The notes beneath the pieces were generated by a model that was not told the origin of the DNA, did not search any database, and saw only the letters and a program-made list of their open reading frames with translations. From Torpedo marmorata (Eukaryota), in NCBI GenBank assembly GCA_977017645.1, contig OZ360230.1, positions 95,666,001 to 95,730,000 on the forward strand: a stretch of 64,000 nucleotides of DNA. The letters run 5' to 3'. Made by a program: the position numbers and the translations under genes. Of the stretch, positions 26,310 to 40,077 are shown in pieces. Within the stretch, counting starts at the first letter, position 1, and each line of letters begins with the position of its first letter.

Positions 26310-27024
26310 GTTTGTCGCAAATCAGTTGGTGAGGCTGGACTTTAATTTCCAAGTCGAGTCTACCTATGTATGTGCATATTTATCTGCGATCCCCATTAGC
26401 ACTCGGGCATTTTGTAGATGGTGCTAGCTATCTTGCATATGATGACATAGGAGGCCATTTGATCCAAAGGGTCCATGCCAGCTCCCAGTGGAACAATCAC
26501 ATTAGTCCAATTCTCCCTCTTTATTCACAGTACCCCAACAACCTATTCTTCTGCCAATTAACATATAGATGTGGAAGGAAACCAGCATCTGTGGAAATCT
26601 ACACTGTCACAGAATATGCAAAACTCAGAGTATTGAAGCCATGTCCCTGGAGCGGTGAGGCAGAAACACAGACAACTGCACCGCTGGGATGCTCATTAAC
26701 AGCTGCAGGACTGCTGACAATATCCTTGGGTGGTTGTAATGAATTCAGTGGATCCAAGAGTATTCCATGCCTTTTAAACTTCTGATATGTTAAATTATTG
26801 ATATTTGCAGGAGGTTGATGCCTCTGCTTTATTGCAGGAGCTGTTTCAATACTTTGGATGGGCATGTTTTTCCATCCTTCCTAAATAGATTTGTTGAAAT
26901 CTAACATAACCTTGTCTGACACTTGCAGAAATTGAAACAGCAGCGTTTGGGTAAACTTGTGTTTGAACATAGGGTAATGATGGCCATCACACCATTTGGC
27001 AAAGACTGATGAAATCTCTTGTAG

Positions 27025-27153
<129 letters not shown>

Positions 27154-30100
27154 ATTGAAACGACCAGAAGCCAGCCAAGTAGTGCCCTTGTACCCAACTT
27201 GCTGTCGAGCTGCACGGAGGAGATTGCCCATGACGTGCTTGGAATTGCAGCACAGAGCGTGGCACAGCAAGCCTTGCAGAACCTCCGTCTTGTATATCTG
27301 GCCTGCTGCAAAGGAGTTTAGACACTACAACGACGGACTCTTCTGTATTTACAATCATTCACAAGAAGCATGCTCTCTGCCTGCTGGGGTAAATCACTTT
27401 AGGGAAGATACACAGGGCCTTTATCATACCAGCTGCTGTGATGGATTTCTGGGCACAAAGCCACCTACTTGGCCTGTGTTTTCCACCTAAGGTGCCTAGC
27501 TGTCTCCTCACCCCACTGCTTCCTTTTTGTTGCTACCATATCAATGATGGGGTTTGTCGTCATATTATGTTTGCTTGGTGTCCATCCTTCTTACCCAAAC
27601 CTGGGTAAAAGTGTTGGTTTTCATTCTTTGGCAGACTTGGGAATAGAAAATTCTGAGAATGAGGAGTGGTTACCGATGGCACGAAACGAAGAATAGTTAT
27701 TGCATTGCAGTGACAAAGGAAAGATGAGTACTTTGCTTTTACTTTGGAGGAATTGTACACCATGTACAGTAATTTTGTGAGTTTTCCTTAAAAGAGCAAT
27801 TTGTTCCTTTTACTAAGAGAGCAGGTGTTTATTTTTTTTTAAATAATTTCTTCTTTGAATGTGGAAATTTCTGCATATGTAGCTTGATTGCACTGATATT
27901 GCTTGTTCCCAATAGTTGGTGGTGGGTGGCTGCCTTGAATCATGTGATTTAGCTCCCACAGTGCTGCTATGTGAGAGGATGAACTTCCCGTTGTTATTAA
28001 GCTCCAATAATCAGGAGTCTGGCCACAATTACATAATCATCAGCAGAGCTACATGATTACTCCTTCGCTTTGGTAAGCCAAAAGTGGGATCTCACTACTT
28101 TCATTATTAGTGCACCCTATTTTGCATAACTTGTTCTAAATGAACAATGTTTTCACTGGTAACTTGTTGCTTAATGTTTGTTTTTTGTTCCCTGTTTCCA
28201 TGCTCAATCTAGTTTTGCAGACAATATTCAGAGGATCAGCTTCCAAACTTTGCACTTTAAAATCTACATTTCTAGACCAGGATAAGCAGCGTTGAGCTTG
28301 TTATTCCAAGAGTCTCCTATAGAAAGAGCAGGCTACTGTTAGTGTCTCATGATATTGATACAGATAAATGCCAAAGATGGATTTCTAGTCTGCATTCTTA
28401 GCTGGTGTTTGAGAGTATGGCTTGGAGTGTAAAAATTGGAAAATTGGTATCAACACCTCTGGCAAATGAGAAAATAACCAGGATTACTGAAAATGATCAT
28501 TGCATTTGATTTGTGCTTGAAGGTATATGTTGAGTGGGAGCATAAGCCTGGTGATGCCCCTCCGTCACCACACCCTGGTCTGCCAATACTCACTGTCGTA
28601 GCACATATAGATTTAAGCACTTGATCAAGGCAGTAAGGTGGCATGAATTGAACCCCCAGCAGGAGCTAAAGCTTCAGAAGGCTGTACAGCTTTAACTGTA
28701 CAGTAAAACTAATAATCCACCATCCAAGTGTTTGAAAATCCCAATGGTTTGGCATGTAACTCAATAATGCACATGCTTGTTTCAACACACCAGGGCTTGG
28801 TGTCAGTATTCCATGAAGTACACTGAGGCCTGTGGCTCTCATTCTTCCCTCAAAGCACCAGGCTGCTCTTCCTGTGCAAAGCCCTGGGACTGCTGGAAAG
28901 TTTTATATAAATGTGTTGGAATATGAATTGGAATAACATCCAGTAGTCTGGAAAATCTGCTGGTCCAGTACCACTAAAGTCCAAGTGTGTCTGTTTACCA
29001 GAATATTTACTGCATGTGGATAGCAGTGTAATTACTGCATATCTTTACTACATTGTCCAAACATATAATACAAGCTAGATACTAGGCAGGAAACTTCAGA
29101 AGCACGCATTTGTTGTTCTTTCATCTGGCTTGTGCTCATATCCAAGCTTCAATTGAAATATCTAATTCATACTAGTACCAGCTCTCATAATTAAAAGCCA
29201 ATGCCAAACTGAAGAGGAGCCAGCAATCTGTTCTGCTACCAAATGGGGTTTTCACTTTTTAAGGAGCGTATCAAAATTGTATATAATGGTTTGTAGCTGT
29301 TCAAAGATGAGTACAATGAAAAACTACGCATGTGCAGCAAACCAATTGAAAGAAACCAAGTAAGAGAAATTGTGAACTCATGTGCTGTGATACCACAACA
29401 TGAAGAAGAAAGTGCTGACTATTCAGAAGGGCTCATCAGATCTAGTTTCAATTGGATTCTGACCCTACAATGAGAACAAGTCTCATATGCCTTGTGTAGA
29501 AAAGAACTCTCACTATAGTTCTTGGGTGGCTGCAAGATCACTTCCAAAAATGTGCACTGAATTGACCATCTCAGCGATGTGGTTCATGGGGTATCACTTT
29601 ACTCGTATGTAATAAGCTTGACCTAATCCGGGAGTACGTGATGGTAAAATAATTGCTGCAGATCTAATTTGTAACCCATGTAACAGATGTGAAAGCATTT
29701 GTATCATAATAACCCAGGTTGCGTGGAATGTTTTGAGGAAGAAATGTGAAGGAGCTGTACTTGACACCAAATGTACTGATACTTATTTCTGGGGTTTACT
29801 TTGACTCTGAATCTGATTCTTGCTGAACATGGTGAGTTTAAATTTGGATTAAATTTCTGTCAGAATCTGCTCCATCGTAGGAATGTTTTTCCTGTTCGAT
29901 AAAGACAAGCCATTAAGCCATGACTGTTCCTTGTCGTTCGAGGTAAAGCAATGAATCAAAATAAAACCTTTGGCAGTGTCGCCATTTATTATTCGAGAGG
30001 AGTATCTGACTTTTCAGCACTGTCATTGATTTTTAGCAGTGCTAAAGGGCCTTTCAGTCCTTGGCTGTTGTGCATGTGTAAAGTTTCTTGAATCAAACCA

Positions 30101-30985
30101 TTTTAGAGTTTTGTTTATAGCTCCTTTTTTTGCATTCTAAAAACCCCTGTTGAAAAATAACCCAGGTAAATTTAGGGCTGGGACTGGTGGATGGCGTTTA
30201 TTATGGATGCCCTCTGGAGGTCAAAACCTCATACTGTTCCTTCATGGCTGCAGATGAGATGCTCAAATGTTGCAGGCCTATATTTGCTGCTGTTGTGCAT
30301 TGAGAAAGAGTTCCATTTTGTTATTGTTTATTGCTTGGTGAACCTAAAGTCTGTGGCCACTCAAGAGTTGGGGATAGAACTGGCAAGCATCTCCTGACTT
30401 AGCCAAACCTTCACATGTAAACCTCCTTAGGTAATGTCGTTTTACCAAATGTGCTCTGGGTGACCCCTGCATTCGGGTTACAGAAATTCGTCCTGGCAGA
30501 ATTCACAAATTGCGACACAAAAATTTGACATGAGGAATAACATTTTCTCATTGAATTTGTATGGGGGGAAAAGGATATCAATACTTTGTTCCAACATGCG
30601 CTGTTTACAGAAAATGGTGATGTGGCCCATTTATTCAGAACTCAACCTACCCTGTCCACCCCCACCCCCCAACCTGTGATGCGTGGGCCTCCTGTATTCA
30701 TAAAATGTTGAGCTAACTGCAGACAGATTTGTGCACCTGTTCGTGTGTAGACAACAACATTATCTGATCTTTGTGTGTGCATCCAGTTAAGAAGCATGTT
30801 CCAATTACCTCATTTGTATCAATGCTCTAAGAGTGCTCTCCAGAATCTTATTTGCACTTTATGGTTTTTTTTCTGAGGAGCACAGCGTAACATCCTTGTC
30901 TTTTGGCAGAGATTTGGCCCATTCATTGCGGCTGAATCCCATGTAATCCCACCAATTTGCTCTGTAAATTGTTACAAATGTTTTT

Positions 30986-30995
30986 ATTAAATAAA
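30986..30995 (+). terminator. Probable ATG16L1 polyadenylation signal (overlapping ATTAAA/AATAAA); alternative AATAAA at 29960-29965
   Basis: Hexamers at the end of a ~3.8 kb largely repeat-poor stretch after the stop, just before the first large TE. Confidence 0.5.
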
Positions 30996-31233
30996 AGAAT
31001 TTTAAAGGATGCACCTGTCAAATTCTGAATTGCCATTTGTCTACTGCAATTTTAGTTGACTTGCCTGGATAGCATGCAAAACATGAAACATCAATTCAAT
31101 TCTGTTTATGTTTGCCCCTGCAGGTAGTGTTTTTTTTTAAAGTTGTAAATGTTTCTATGGTTTGAAACTTTTAAATTTTCCGCAATGCATCCTTATCATA
31201 TTTTCGCTCTGTATTGGACACCTAGTCTTTGCT

Positions 31234-33968
31234 GTGAAGCATACAAGTCTGCAGACTCTGTGATTGCAGTCAAACACAGAAATGCTGGAAGAACTCATCT
31301 GATCTCACAGCGTCCATAGGAGGTAAAGATATATTACCGCCGTTTTGGGCCTGCAGGTTTGAGTGAAGAAACACAGCGTCTGAATTAAAGGCTGGGGAAA
31401 GAATGGGAGGGGGAGGTGTACATACCAACAGACAAAAGGTGTAAATTGGATATGATAAAAGGAAAGGTGAGAAATGATTTTGGATCTGTGAAAGACAGAG
31501 GGATAACAGAAGAGAGAGAGAGACCGAGCTAGAGGCAGGGGGAAGATGGTGGGGGGTGACCTTCAGAAACTGGAGAAGTTGATGCTAATACCACCCAGTT
31601 GGAGGGTGCCCAGACGGAAGATAAGGTGTTGTTCCTCCAATTCGCGGGTGGTCTCAGTCTGGCAGTGCATGAGACCGTGGACCGACATTATCAGCAAGGG
31701 GATGGGGAATTGAAATCGGTGGCCACTGGGAGATCCATGCTGTTGAGGTGGACAGAACCGAGGTGCTCAACAAAGTGATGTGTAGAGGACACCACAACGG
31801 GAGCACCAGATGCAGTAGAATGATCCCTGCAGATTGACAAGTGAAGTGTTGCATAACTTGGAAGGAATGTTTGGGGCCCCGAATGGTGGTGAGGGAGGAG
31901 GTGTGGGCACATCTTGTGCGGTCACAGCGGTAGGTGCCAAGGGGGAGATTGGTGGGGAGGGAGGAGTGGACGAGGAAGTCACGGAGGGAGCGGTCCCTGC
32001 AGAAGACGGAGAGGGGAATATGTGTCTGGTGCACTGACCTCCATCTGGCCGAAGCCAGACAATAACTGACACCTCCTCTTACCCCCTCCAACAGGACCCC
32101 AGCAAAACTCATCAAACCACTGTATCGCTCACTTTCTCTGAACTCAGCACTTCCGTTCATCTCCCCAGCATGGCCTCCAACCTCATTGTTTCCCAACCCT
32201 GCACTGCCCATTTCTACCTCCTACCCAAGATACAGTATACAAACCAAATTGTCCTGGTAGACCAATCGTTTCCATGTGCTCCTGCGCCACTGAATTCGTA
32301 TCCGCTTACCTAGACTTTGTTTTGTCCTCCCTGGTCCAGTCCCTCCCCACCTACATCCGGGATACTTCACGTGTCCTCCATCACTTCAACACCTTCCAGT
32401 TCCTTGAACCCAACCACCTCATTTTTACCTTGGACATCCAATCATTATACAAATCCACTATACACCTCCATCCCCGATACCAAAGACCTCAAAGCCCTTC
32501 GTTTCTTTCTCGACAATAGACCCAACCAGACCCCCTCCACCACCACCCTCCTTTGGCTGGAAGAACTTGTCCTCACCCTCAATAACTTCTCATTTGACTC
32601 ATCCCACTTTCTCCAAGTCAAAGCTGTAGTCATGGGTACATGCCTGGGCCCCAGCTATGCCTGCCTTTTTGTTGGCTACATGGAGCAATCCATGCTACAA
32701 GCCTACACAGGCAAGGCCTGTCAACTTTTCCTCCGCTACATCGATGACTACTTTGGTGCTGCCTCAAAGTGGACTTTATCCACTTTGCTGCCAACTTCCA
32801 CCTTGACCTCAAATTCACTTGGTCTATCTCTCTCAACACTCCCTTTTCTCAATCTCTCTGACTCCATCTCGGGAGACAACTCTCGACAGACATCTTCTAC
32901 AAACCCACCAATTCCCACAGCTACCTCGACTACACCTCTTTACACATTGACCACTGACCCCTGTAAGGATTCAATTCCTTTCCCTTAATTCCTCTGTCTC
33001 TGTCCATGGTCTTCCATGCCAGATCATTATAGATGTCCTCCTTCAAACAATGTGGCTTCCCCTCTATCACCATCAACTCGGCCCTCACCTGCATATGCTC
33101 CACTATGCACACATCTGTCCGGGCCCCCTCCGCCACCATGTGCAACAAGGACAGGATTCCCCTTGTCCTCACAAAATACATTTCCGCCACCTACCATGTG
33201 ATCCAACCACCAGACACGTATTCCCCTCTCCACCTTCCGCCAGGACAGCTCCCTCCGTGACCCTCGTCCGCTCCTCTCTTCCCACCAATCGCTCCCTTGG
33301 TACCTACCCCTGTGACTGCAGGAGATGCGCCCACACCTCCCTCACCACCATTCGGGGCTCCAAACAGTCCTTCCAAGTGAAGCAACACTTGTCAATCAGG
33401 GATAATCATCTGCATACTGCATCTCCTGTTATGGTCTCCTCTACATTGGAGAGACTGGACGCAGACTGGGAGATTGCTTCGTTGAACACCTCTGCTCTGC
33501 TACAATAGCGTGGATCTCCCAGTGGCCACCCATTTCAATTTCCCACCTCATTCCCTTGCTGACATGTCTGTCCATGGTCTCATGCACTGCCGGACTGAGA
33601 TAACCCGCAAATTGGAGGAATAACACCTCATCTTCCGTCTCAGCACCCTCCAACCAGATGGCATTAACATAAACTTCTCCAGTTTCCGTAAACCACCACC
33701 ACCATATTTTCCCCGTCTCTCTCGCTCTCTCTCCTTTCACAGAGCCAAAATCAATTTTCACCTTTCCTTTTATCATATCCAATTAACACCTTTTGTCTGT
33801 TGGTCTGTACACCTCCCCCTCCCATTCTTTTCCCAGCTTTTAATTCAGACGCTGTGTTTTTTTCACTCGTACCTTGAAGGGCTCAGGCCCGAAACGTCAG
33901 AAATATATATTCACCTCCAATGGACTTTGTGAGACAGGCTGAGTTCCTCCAGCATTTTTGTTCTTTGA
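31234..33968 (+). mobile_element. Penelope-like retroelement (pseudogenised RT + GIY-YIG region) with inverted pLTRs and 12-bp TSD
   Basis: RT motifs MGTCLGPSYACLFVG and LRYIDD; about 31270-32040 is an inverted copy of about 33210-33968; CTAGTCTTTGCT at 31222-31233 and 33969-33980. Confidence 0.92.
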
Positions 33969-34461
33969 CTAGTCTTTGCTATACCTGTACATATGGTAAT
34001 AGGATTTTCAGAAGGTGTGACCAATGATAGGGATTGATCTCCAATCAGTCCTCGGATGTTACGTAGTTAGCACTTGTTATGACAAATCTGGCTGAAATGT
34101 TCATCTCAATTTTTTTTTGGCTGCCCAGTGGGACCTATAGTGACATCTGATGTATAAATGTGTTTTGTGGTCTTAGTTCTACAGGATTCTGTATTAATGC
34201 CATACAGAAGTATGAAAAGTAGGCACAACCTGCTCACAATCATTGTGAACATTCAGCGTGAAAGACTTCACCCTCATATCCAGCCTTGCTTCAGAGGATT
34301 ATTGCTTACTTTAAGATTAGCTGCCAATTTGTCTCTGTTGGTGCTATGATTTAAAAAAAAAAAATACTTTGGATGCTTTGTGGAGTTCTTTTAAAGTTTG
34401 TACAGTAATGAGTGATGTACCAATTGCTGAAGGACATTGGCTTGACTTTTATATAAAGCAA

Positions 34462-36159
34462 AAGGGATACCTTGTATAACACGGTTAATACGTTCCAAGA
34501 AAGTTCAATGTTATGGAAAACCGCACTGTTCAAAGCATAATTACAATGTATTTTAATGTAATGCGTTCCAATCCAAACGTGCATAAAATATTTAAAAGGG
34601 ATATATAAAACTGAAAAATAACATCGAATAGCATTTTGCAATTCTTGCCGAACTCTAATGCTTCTCTCGATGTTTGGTTTTACATCCATAAGGTAATCGC
34701 AAGCATCATTGATTTTTCCAATAAACGTTGATAATTCCCCTAAGGTGAATTCTTTCGTTGGCACTTCATTAACATCTTCATTTTGCAGCTGATCTTCATA
34801 TAAACATTGTCGATCCATTTCAATGAGAGTTTCATCATCAAGTTCATGAATGCGAATTGATGCATTGGTGCACATTGTCACAGTCCAAAGTTTCAAATCC
34901 CATATCTTTTCTAATCACAATGTCTTGAGAGACAGTTTTAATTTGCGCTTCAAAACTAGTGATATAATTTGCATTATGCAGTAAAAGATCACGCCAAACA
35001 GCTCTCATGTTGCTTGCAGTCACTTCAAGCCACGATTCACCGATGTTTTCGACTGCATTCTTGATGTTATAACCTTTCCAAAGCTGTTAAAGTTATTGAA
35101 TTTTCTCCTGTTGTAGCTTTAATGGCTTGAGAAAATGTTCTTCGTAAATAATAAGCCTTGAATGTGGCAATGACACCCTGATCCATGGGCTGCAGCAATG
35201 AGGTGGTGTTTGGCGGCAAAAAAATTATATTGACATTTTCATTCAACTCAGAAATACTGTAGCAGTTGAATGAGCTGGTGCGTTGTCAAACAACAAAATT
35301 TTGTCTGCAGTAATGTTCGGTTGCAGGACAAAAATAGGTTGTGAACCATTCTTCAAACAATTGTCACCCAGGCTTTTTTATTTGATCGCAATATTACAGG
35401 AAGTGCACTTTTTGCATAGCCTTTAAGAGCCCTTGGATTCTTGGAATGGTACACAAGCAGAGGCTTTAATTTGAAGTCCCCAGATGCACATCCGCGAAGT
35501 AGAAGTGTCAATCGGTCTTTCGATTGTCCAACAGAGGCTTGTTGCTTTGGCTTGAATTGTAATTTGACTTAATGGAATTCTTTTCTGGTTGCAATCTTCA
35601 ATCCAGATCATTAAAAGACGTTCCCTATTTTCCATTGCAGAACTTCTATGTCTAACAATCACTTTAGATGCTGTTACCATTCCATGTTCTTTAATTTTAT
35701 CTTTACTCTTGATTAGAGTTTGAACAGACGATTCATGCTTTTGTCTCGTGCTATTTTAGCAAATGATGCGCCATCTTCATGTTGCTTAATAATTTCCAAT
35801 TTCTTTTCCAATGTTAGCCATTTACGTTTATTACGTGTACCACCTTCACCGCATTTCCTTTTCCGCTCATATTGTTTGTAAGGGTGAACTTTTATACAAC
35901 ACAATTAAAATATTACAGAGCAGCCACGGCCTTCCTGCTCAGAGTCTAGAGTGATACTAAAACAAGTTAAGCAATAATGAAGTTGAATAAACGCAGCCGA
36001 GCGGAGAGCATTGTTGCTGACTCGTTAAATTATTGTGCCACTGTTGGTAACGCAATATTAATAAAATTAACAATTTTTGGTTATTACTATATTAAAATTA
36101 TAAACCGCGTTATATCAAAACCTGCGCTGTTCAAAACTGTGTTATACAAGGTATCCCTG
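34462..36159 (-). mobile_element. Tigger (pogo/TIGD1-like) DNA transposon with disrupted, internally deleted transposase
   Basis: 20-bp TIR AGGGATACCTTGTATAACAC; HTH RKWLTLEKKLEII, ERLLMIWIED and [20 protein letters not shown] motifs; frameshifts. Confidence 0.92.
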
Positions 36160-38169
36160 TATGCCAAATAATTGAAAACATACAGAAGATTCTGGAAATA
36201 AGGTTTTGAAGAAACAATGGCTGAAACATGAAATGTTTCTTGTTCCACAGGTATCCCTGACTCGATCATTTAGAGCACTTTTTATTTAAACTTTTGCTCC
36301 AGGACAATAGTGTATTTTAATGACAATACAATTTGTAGGCAGAATGGAATGATTGGACAACTCCCCAACTATTACGCCTGTTGGTCACATTGCTGTAAAA
36401 ACCTGAGGATCAATTCAAGAATGAAATTTGTACATATTTTTTGCACTTTGCTTTAATAATTATTTCATTCAAAGAAGTTCCTGAAGGTTCAGCTATGTTA
36501 TGTTTCTTCTATTCTTTGTATGCACAATTTCCACTGCAACCTCAATCTAAATTAAAGCATAAAAGGCCCTGACCTGAAATGTTGAGTGACTATTTCTACC
36601 CATGGATACTGTCTGACCTGCTGAGTTCTTTCAGCGGCTCATTGTTTGTTGATTATTCCAGCTTACCTGTTTCTAATTTAACTAAATAAACTAATTTCCC
36701 TTGTGGATTTCCACAAGTGTTTGTAATCTATGTGCCATTGTCCTTGCATTAAGACCAATTTCTTGTGCATAGAAATGTCTGCTGACATTCAATGGAGGAA
36801 GGCAGAGTTGGCTTTGATCTAAAGCAGGTTTAAGCCAGAAGGCCAGATTTCAGTCTAGCTACATGACAGACACAGGAGGAGAGGCTAGTGTGATGAACAT
36901 CATCTTCCTCAGAAAGAAGGGCTCATTTGTGCTTCATTGAACTGTTGCAACACTTCTAAAGTCTTGCCTTATCAAATGCAGTAATCTGTTGGGAAACAAC
37001 TGTGATTTGTAGAAAACCATCGTGATATCTGGTATCCACGGCCACAATGAAAGTTTGTGTGACTTTGCCTACTCTTTGCATACAATTTGTTCTCTTGTGC
37101 ATGCTTTGCCGTTCAATAAAATGAAAATTGGCAAAAAAAAATTCCGGCACTCACCACATAGTCAAGAATTTCTCTATTAAACACAAATGTGAAGCCTCCA
37201 TGACTGATGAATTCTAGACAGATTCATTACCCTTTGAGTTAAAACACTTTTTCCTCAACTCAGCCTTGAATCCCTAACACTTTGATTTGAGTCTGTGACC
37301 TCTGGTTCTAGACACCCCAGGAAGAATTGTCCCTGCCTCTATCAATTCCTGTAAGAATTTGTTTTCTTTTTGAGATCGCATAAATAGGAGGAGGACATTT
37401 GGCCCGTCAAGCCTGATCTGCCATTCACGAGATCGTGGTTGATCTGGTTGTGGACTCATTTCAATGTCTGCCCCTTCCCCATAGCCCTTAATTCCCCCAC
37501 AAATCTATGTCTTCTATACATGAGACTACTGCTCTTTTTGGGGGCAGAGAATTCCATAGATCATTCAAGCTCAATAGAATTGAAGGCTGCTTTCTGTGTT
37601 TAAACCATAATTTGTCTATCTCCCAGCTTGTTCCAGAATATTTACTGCAATCAAAATTTAAAGCTAGCCTGGATTACTGAAAGCAGCTCTACACCTTTAG
37701 GCTGGTTTAAGGGAGGCTAACCATTCACCATTGTGTGCAATCACTCAGCACAGCAGATTGTGCTTTGTTTCCTTCTCCAATTGCCCAGAAATAATATTGC
37801 ATCAGAAATAATGGTTGACACATTAATCATGCATCTCAAATTAGATCTAATTTGTCTCCATCTGCAAGTGAAATACGGACAGAAGTGAACATTATACTCC
37901 ACGTTTAAGAAGCGTGCCAGTGCATACCCCTGAGGCCTGCATTGGGACTAACTACTAAAATGTTGCAGTACAGATGTTGTTTTTGCCCACCAAGTCAGGG
38001 CTGATGTACTTCACCACAAGTCACTGAGGAATTTCACTCCCATTTGTTTCCTGTATATTTTAACATCAACCTTGTCTAATCACCGTGGTTTTCTTTTGCT
38101 CCCTGCCATTAAATTATTGACAGTTCTCATTCAAAAATGGGTTCTGATTCAGCAGCACTATTGTAGACT

Positions 38170-38420
38170 ATGGTGCTGCAGACTTGGGACATTCTTTATG
38201 TTGACGCCCACTGCTTGAAGTTGCCTCACTGCCATGTTCTTTCAACGGGCATCTCCTATTTCTTGTATTTAATTCAGGATGATGATGCTAATTCCAAAAT
38301 GTTTGAGATTGCACCCAGCAGTGAAAGAGTGAGATTGAGGTGCGTAGTTGTCATGCTTGTCCATGAGTGTCCTGATGTTCCTGGTCTTGAATTGGAATTT
38401 GCATGTGTGTGATTTTATTT
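38170..38420 (-). mobile_element. RTE-like LINE endonuclease N-terminal remnant
   Basis: FKTRNIRTLMD resembles the xTWNVRTL APE motif. Confidence 0.45.
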
Positions 38421-39136
38421 TAACATGGGTAGCAGTTGATACCAGCTGCCACGTGGGTTTGTCAGAGCATGCTATTGGAGGACCAAGATGATGGGAGACC
38501 AGACTTTGCTGCATTTTTGGAGCAGGACAGGACTTGACACGGTAAATGGCAGAGTATTGTTGAACAGAGACCAACAGGTACACTGTTCCCTGAAAGTGGC
38601 AACATGGGTAGATGGGGCAGTGAAGAAGACATGAAGCACAATTTCCTTTATTGGCCAGGACATTGAATGCAGGAGATGGAACATCATGTTACAGATGTAC
38701 AAGATGTTGATGACACTGGGAGTATTGTGTGTATTTCTGGTCACTAAACTATTGGTAGGATATCAAAGGATGCAGAAAAGATTTGCAAGGATGTTGCTAG
38801 GGCTGGAGGGCTTGAATGATTAGGTGAGACTGGATAAATTGGGACTTTTTTTTAATCCTTGGAGCATAAGCTGAGGGATGAATTTTATATGGTATTCGGA
38901 GGCGGCCATTGGTCGGGCGGGCCTACAGGAGAGCGTGTAGGGGTTAATTGGTAAATTGGGTAAAGGCCAATAAATAAGAGGGACAGCGAGCGGCCCAGCG
39001 AGTGAGTGGCACAGCGAAGGAGTGGGACTTCTAGGCTTTGGCTCATCAGGCTTCGGCGAGCACAGGCTGAGGACGCATCACTGAACGCTAAGGTAAGAAT
39101 CTTATTAGTCTTATTACGGTTTCATTGGGGTCCAGG

Positions 39137-40072
39137 ATGAGTGTTAGGGCTGTGTGTTGTTGGGAGTGCCAGATGTGGGAGGTCCTGGAGTCTTCCAGAC
39201 TCCCTGATGTCCATATCTGCACCAGGTGTGTAGAGCTGCAGAATCTTAGGGACCGTGTTAGGGAACTGGAGCTGCAGCTCGATGACCTCAGGCTGGTTAG
39301 GGAAACAGAGGAGGTCATAGATAGGAGTTACAGCCAGGTGGTCACGCCAGGGCCACGGGAGGAGGAAAGGTGTGTAGCAGTTAGAAAAGGGGCAGTAAAA
39401 CATAAGGTGCCAGAGAGGAGCCCTATGACTGTAACCCTCAGCAATAAGTACGCCTCTTTGGGTACTGTTGAGGAGGACAGCATGGTTGGGGGGAGCAACA
39501 GTGGCTGTGCCTCTGGCACGGGGTCAGCCCCTGTGGCTCAGAAGGGTAGGGAAAGGAAGAGGAGGGCAATAGTCATAGGGGATTCCATAGTCAAGAGGAC
39601 AGATAGGGGATTCTGTGGACGCAGCAAGGAGAACCGGATGGTGGTTTGCCTCCCTGGTGCCAGGGTCCGGGATGTTGCTGCTCGTGTCCCGGATATCCTA
39701 AAGGGGGAGGGACAGGAGCCAGAGGTCGTGGTACATGTCGGTACCAATGACATAGGGAGGAATAGAGAAGAGGTCCTAAAAAGGGAGTACAGGGAGTTAG
39801 GTAGGGAGTTAAAAAGAAGGACCGCAAAGGGGGTAATCTCCGGATTACTCCCTGTGCCACGTGACAGTGAGAGTAGAAATAGAATGAGGTGGAGGATTAA
39901 CACGTGGCTGAAGGGGTGGAGTAAGGGGCAGGGTTTCAAGTTTCTGGATCACTGGGACCTTTTTTGGGGGAGATGTGACCTGTACAGTAAGGACGGGTTA
40001 CACTTGAATCCCAGGGGGACCAGAATCCTGGCAGGGGTATTTGCTAGGGCTACTCAGGAGCCTTTAAACTAG
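39137..40072 (+). CDS. CR1 ORF1p: zinc finger / leucine zipper plus SGNH esterase domain
   Basis: CxxC..CxxC, heptad leucines, IGDS, HVGTND and DGLH motifs; intact. Confidence 0.93.
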   Translation: MSVRAVCCWECQMWEVLESSRLPDVHICTRCVELQNLRDRVRELELQLDDLRLVRETEEVIDRSYSQVVTPGPREEERCVAVRKGAVKHKVPERSPMTVTLSNKYASLGTVEEDSMVGGSNSGCASGTGSAPVAQKGRERKRRAIVIGDSIVKRTDRGFCGRSKENRMVVCLPGARVRDVAARVPDILKGEGQEPEVVVHVGTNDIGRNREEVLKREYRELGRELKRRTAKGVISGLLPVPRDSESRNRMRWRINTWLKGWSKGQGFKFLDHWDLFWGRCDLYSKDGLHLNPRGTRILAGVFARATQEPLN

Positions 40073-40077
40073 AAAGG

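Noticed and set aside
27155-27696. ORFs after the ATG16L1 stop
   Set aside because: 3'UTR sequence with no recognisable homology.
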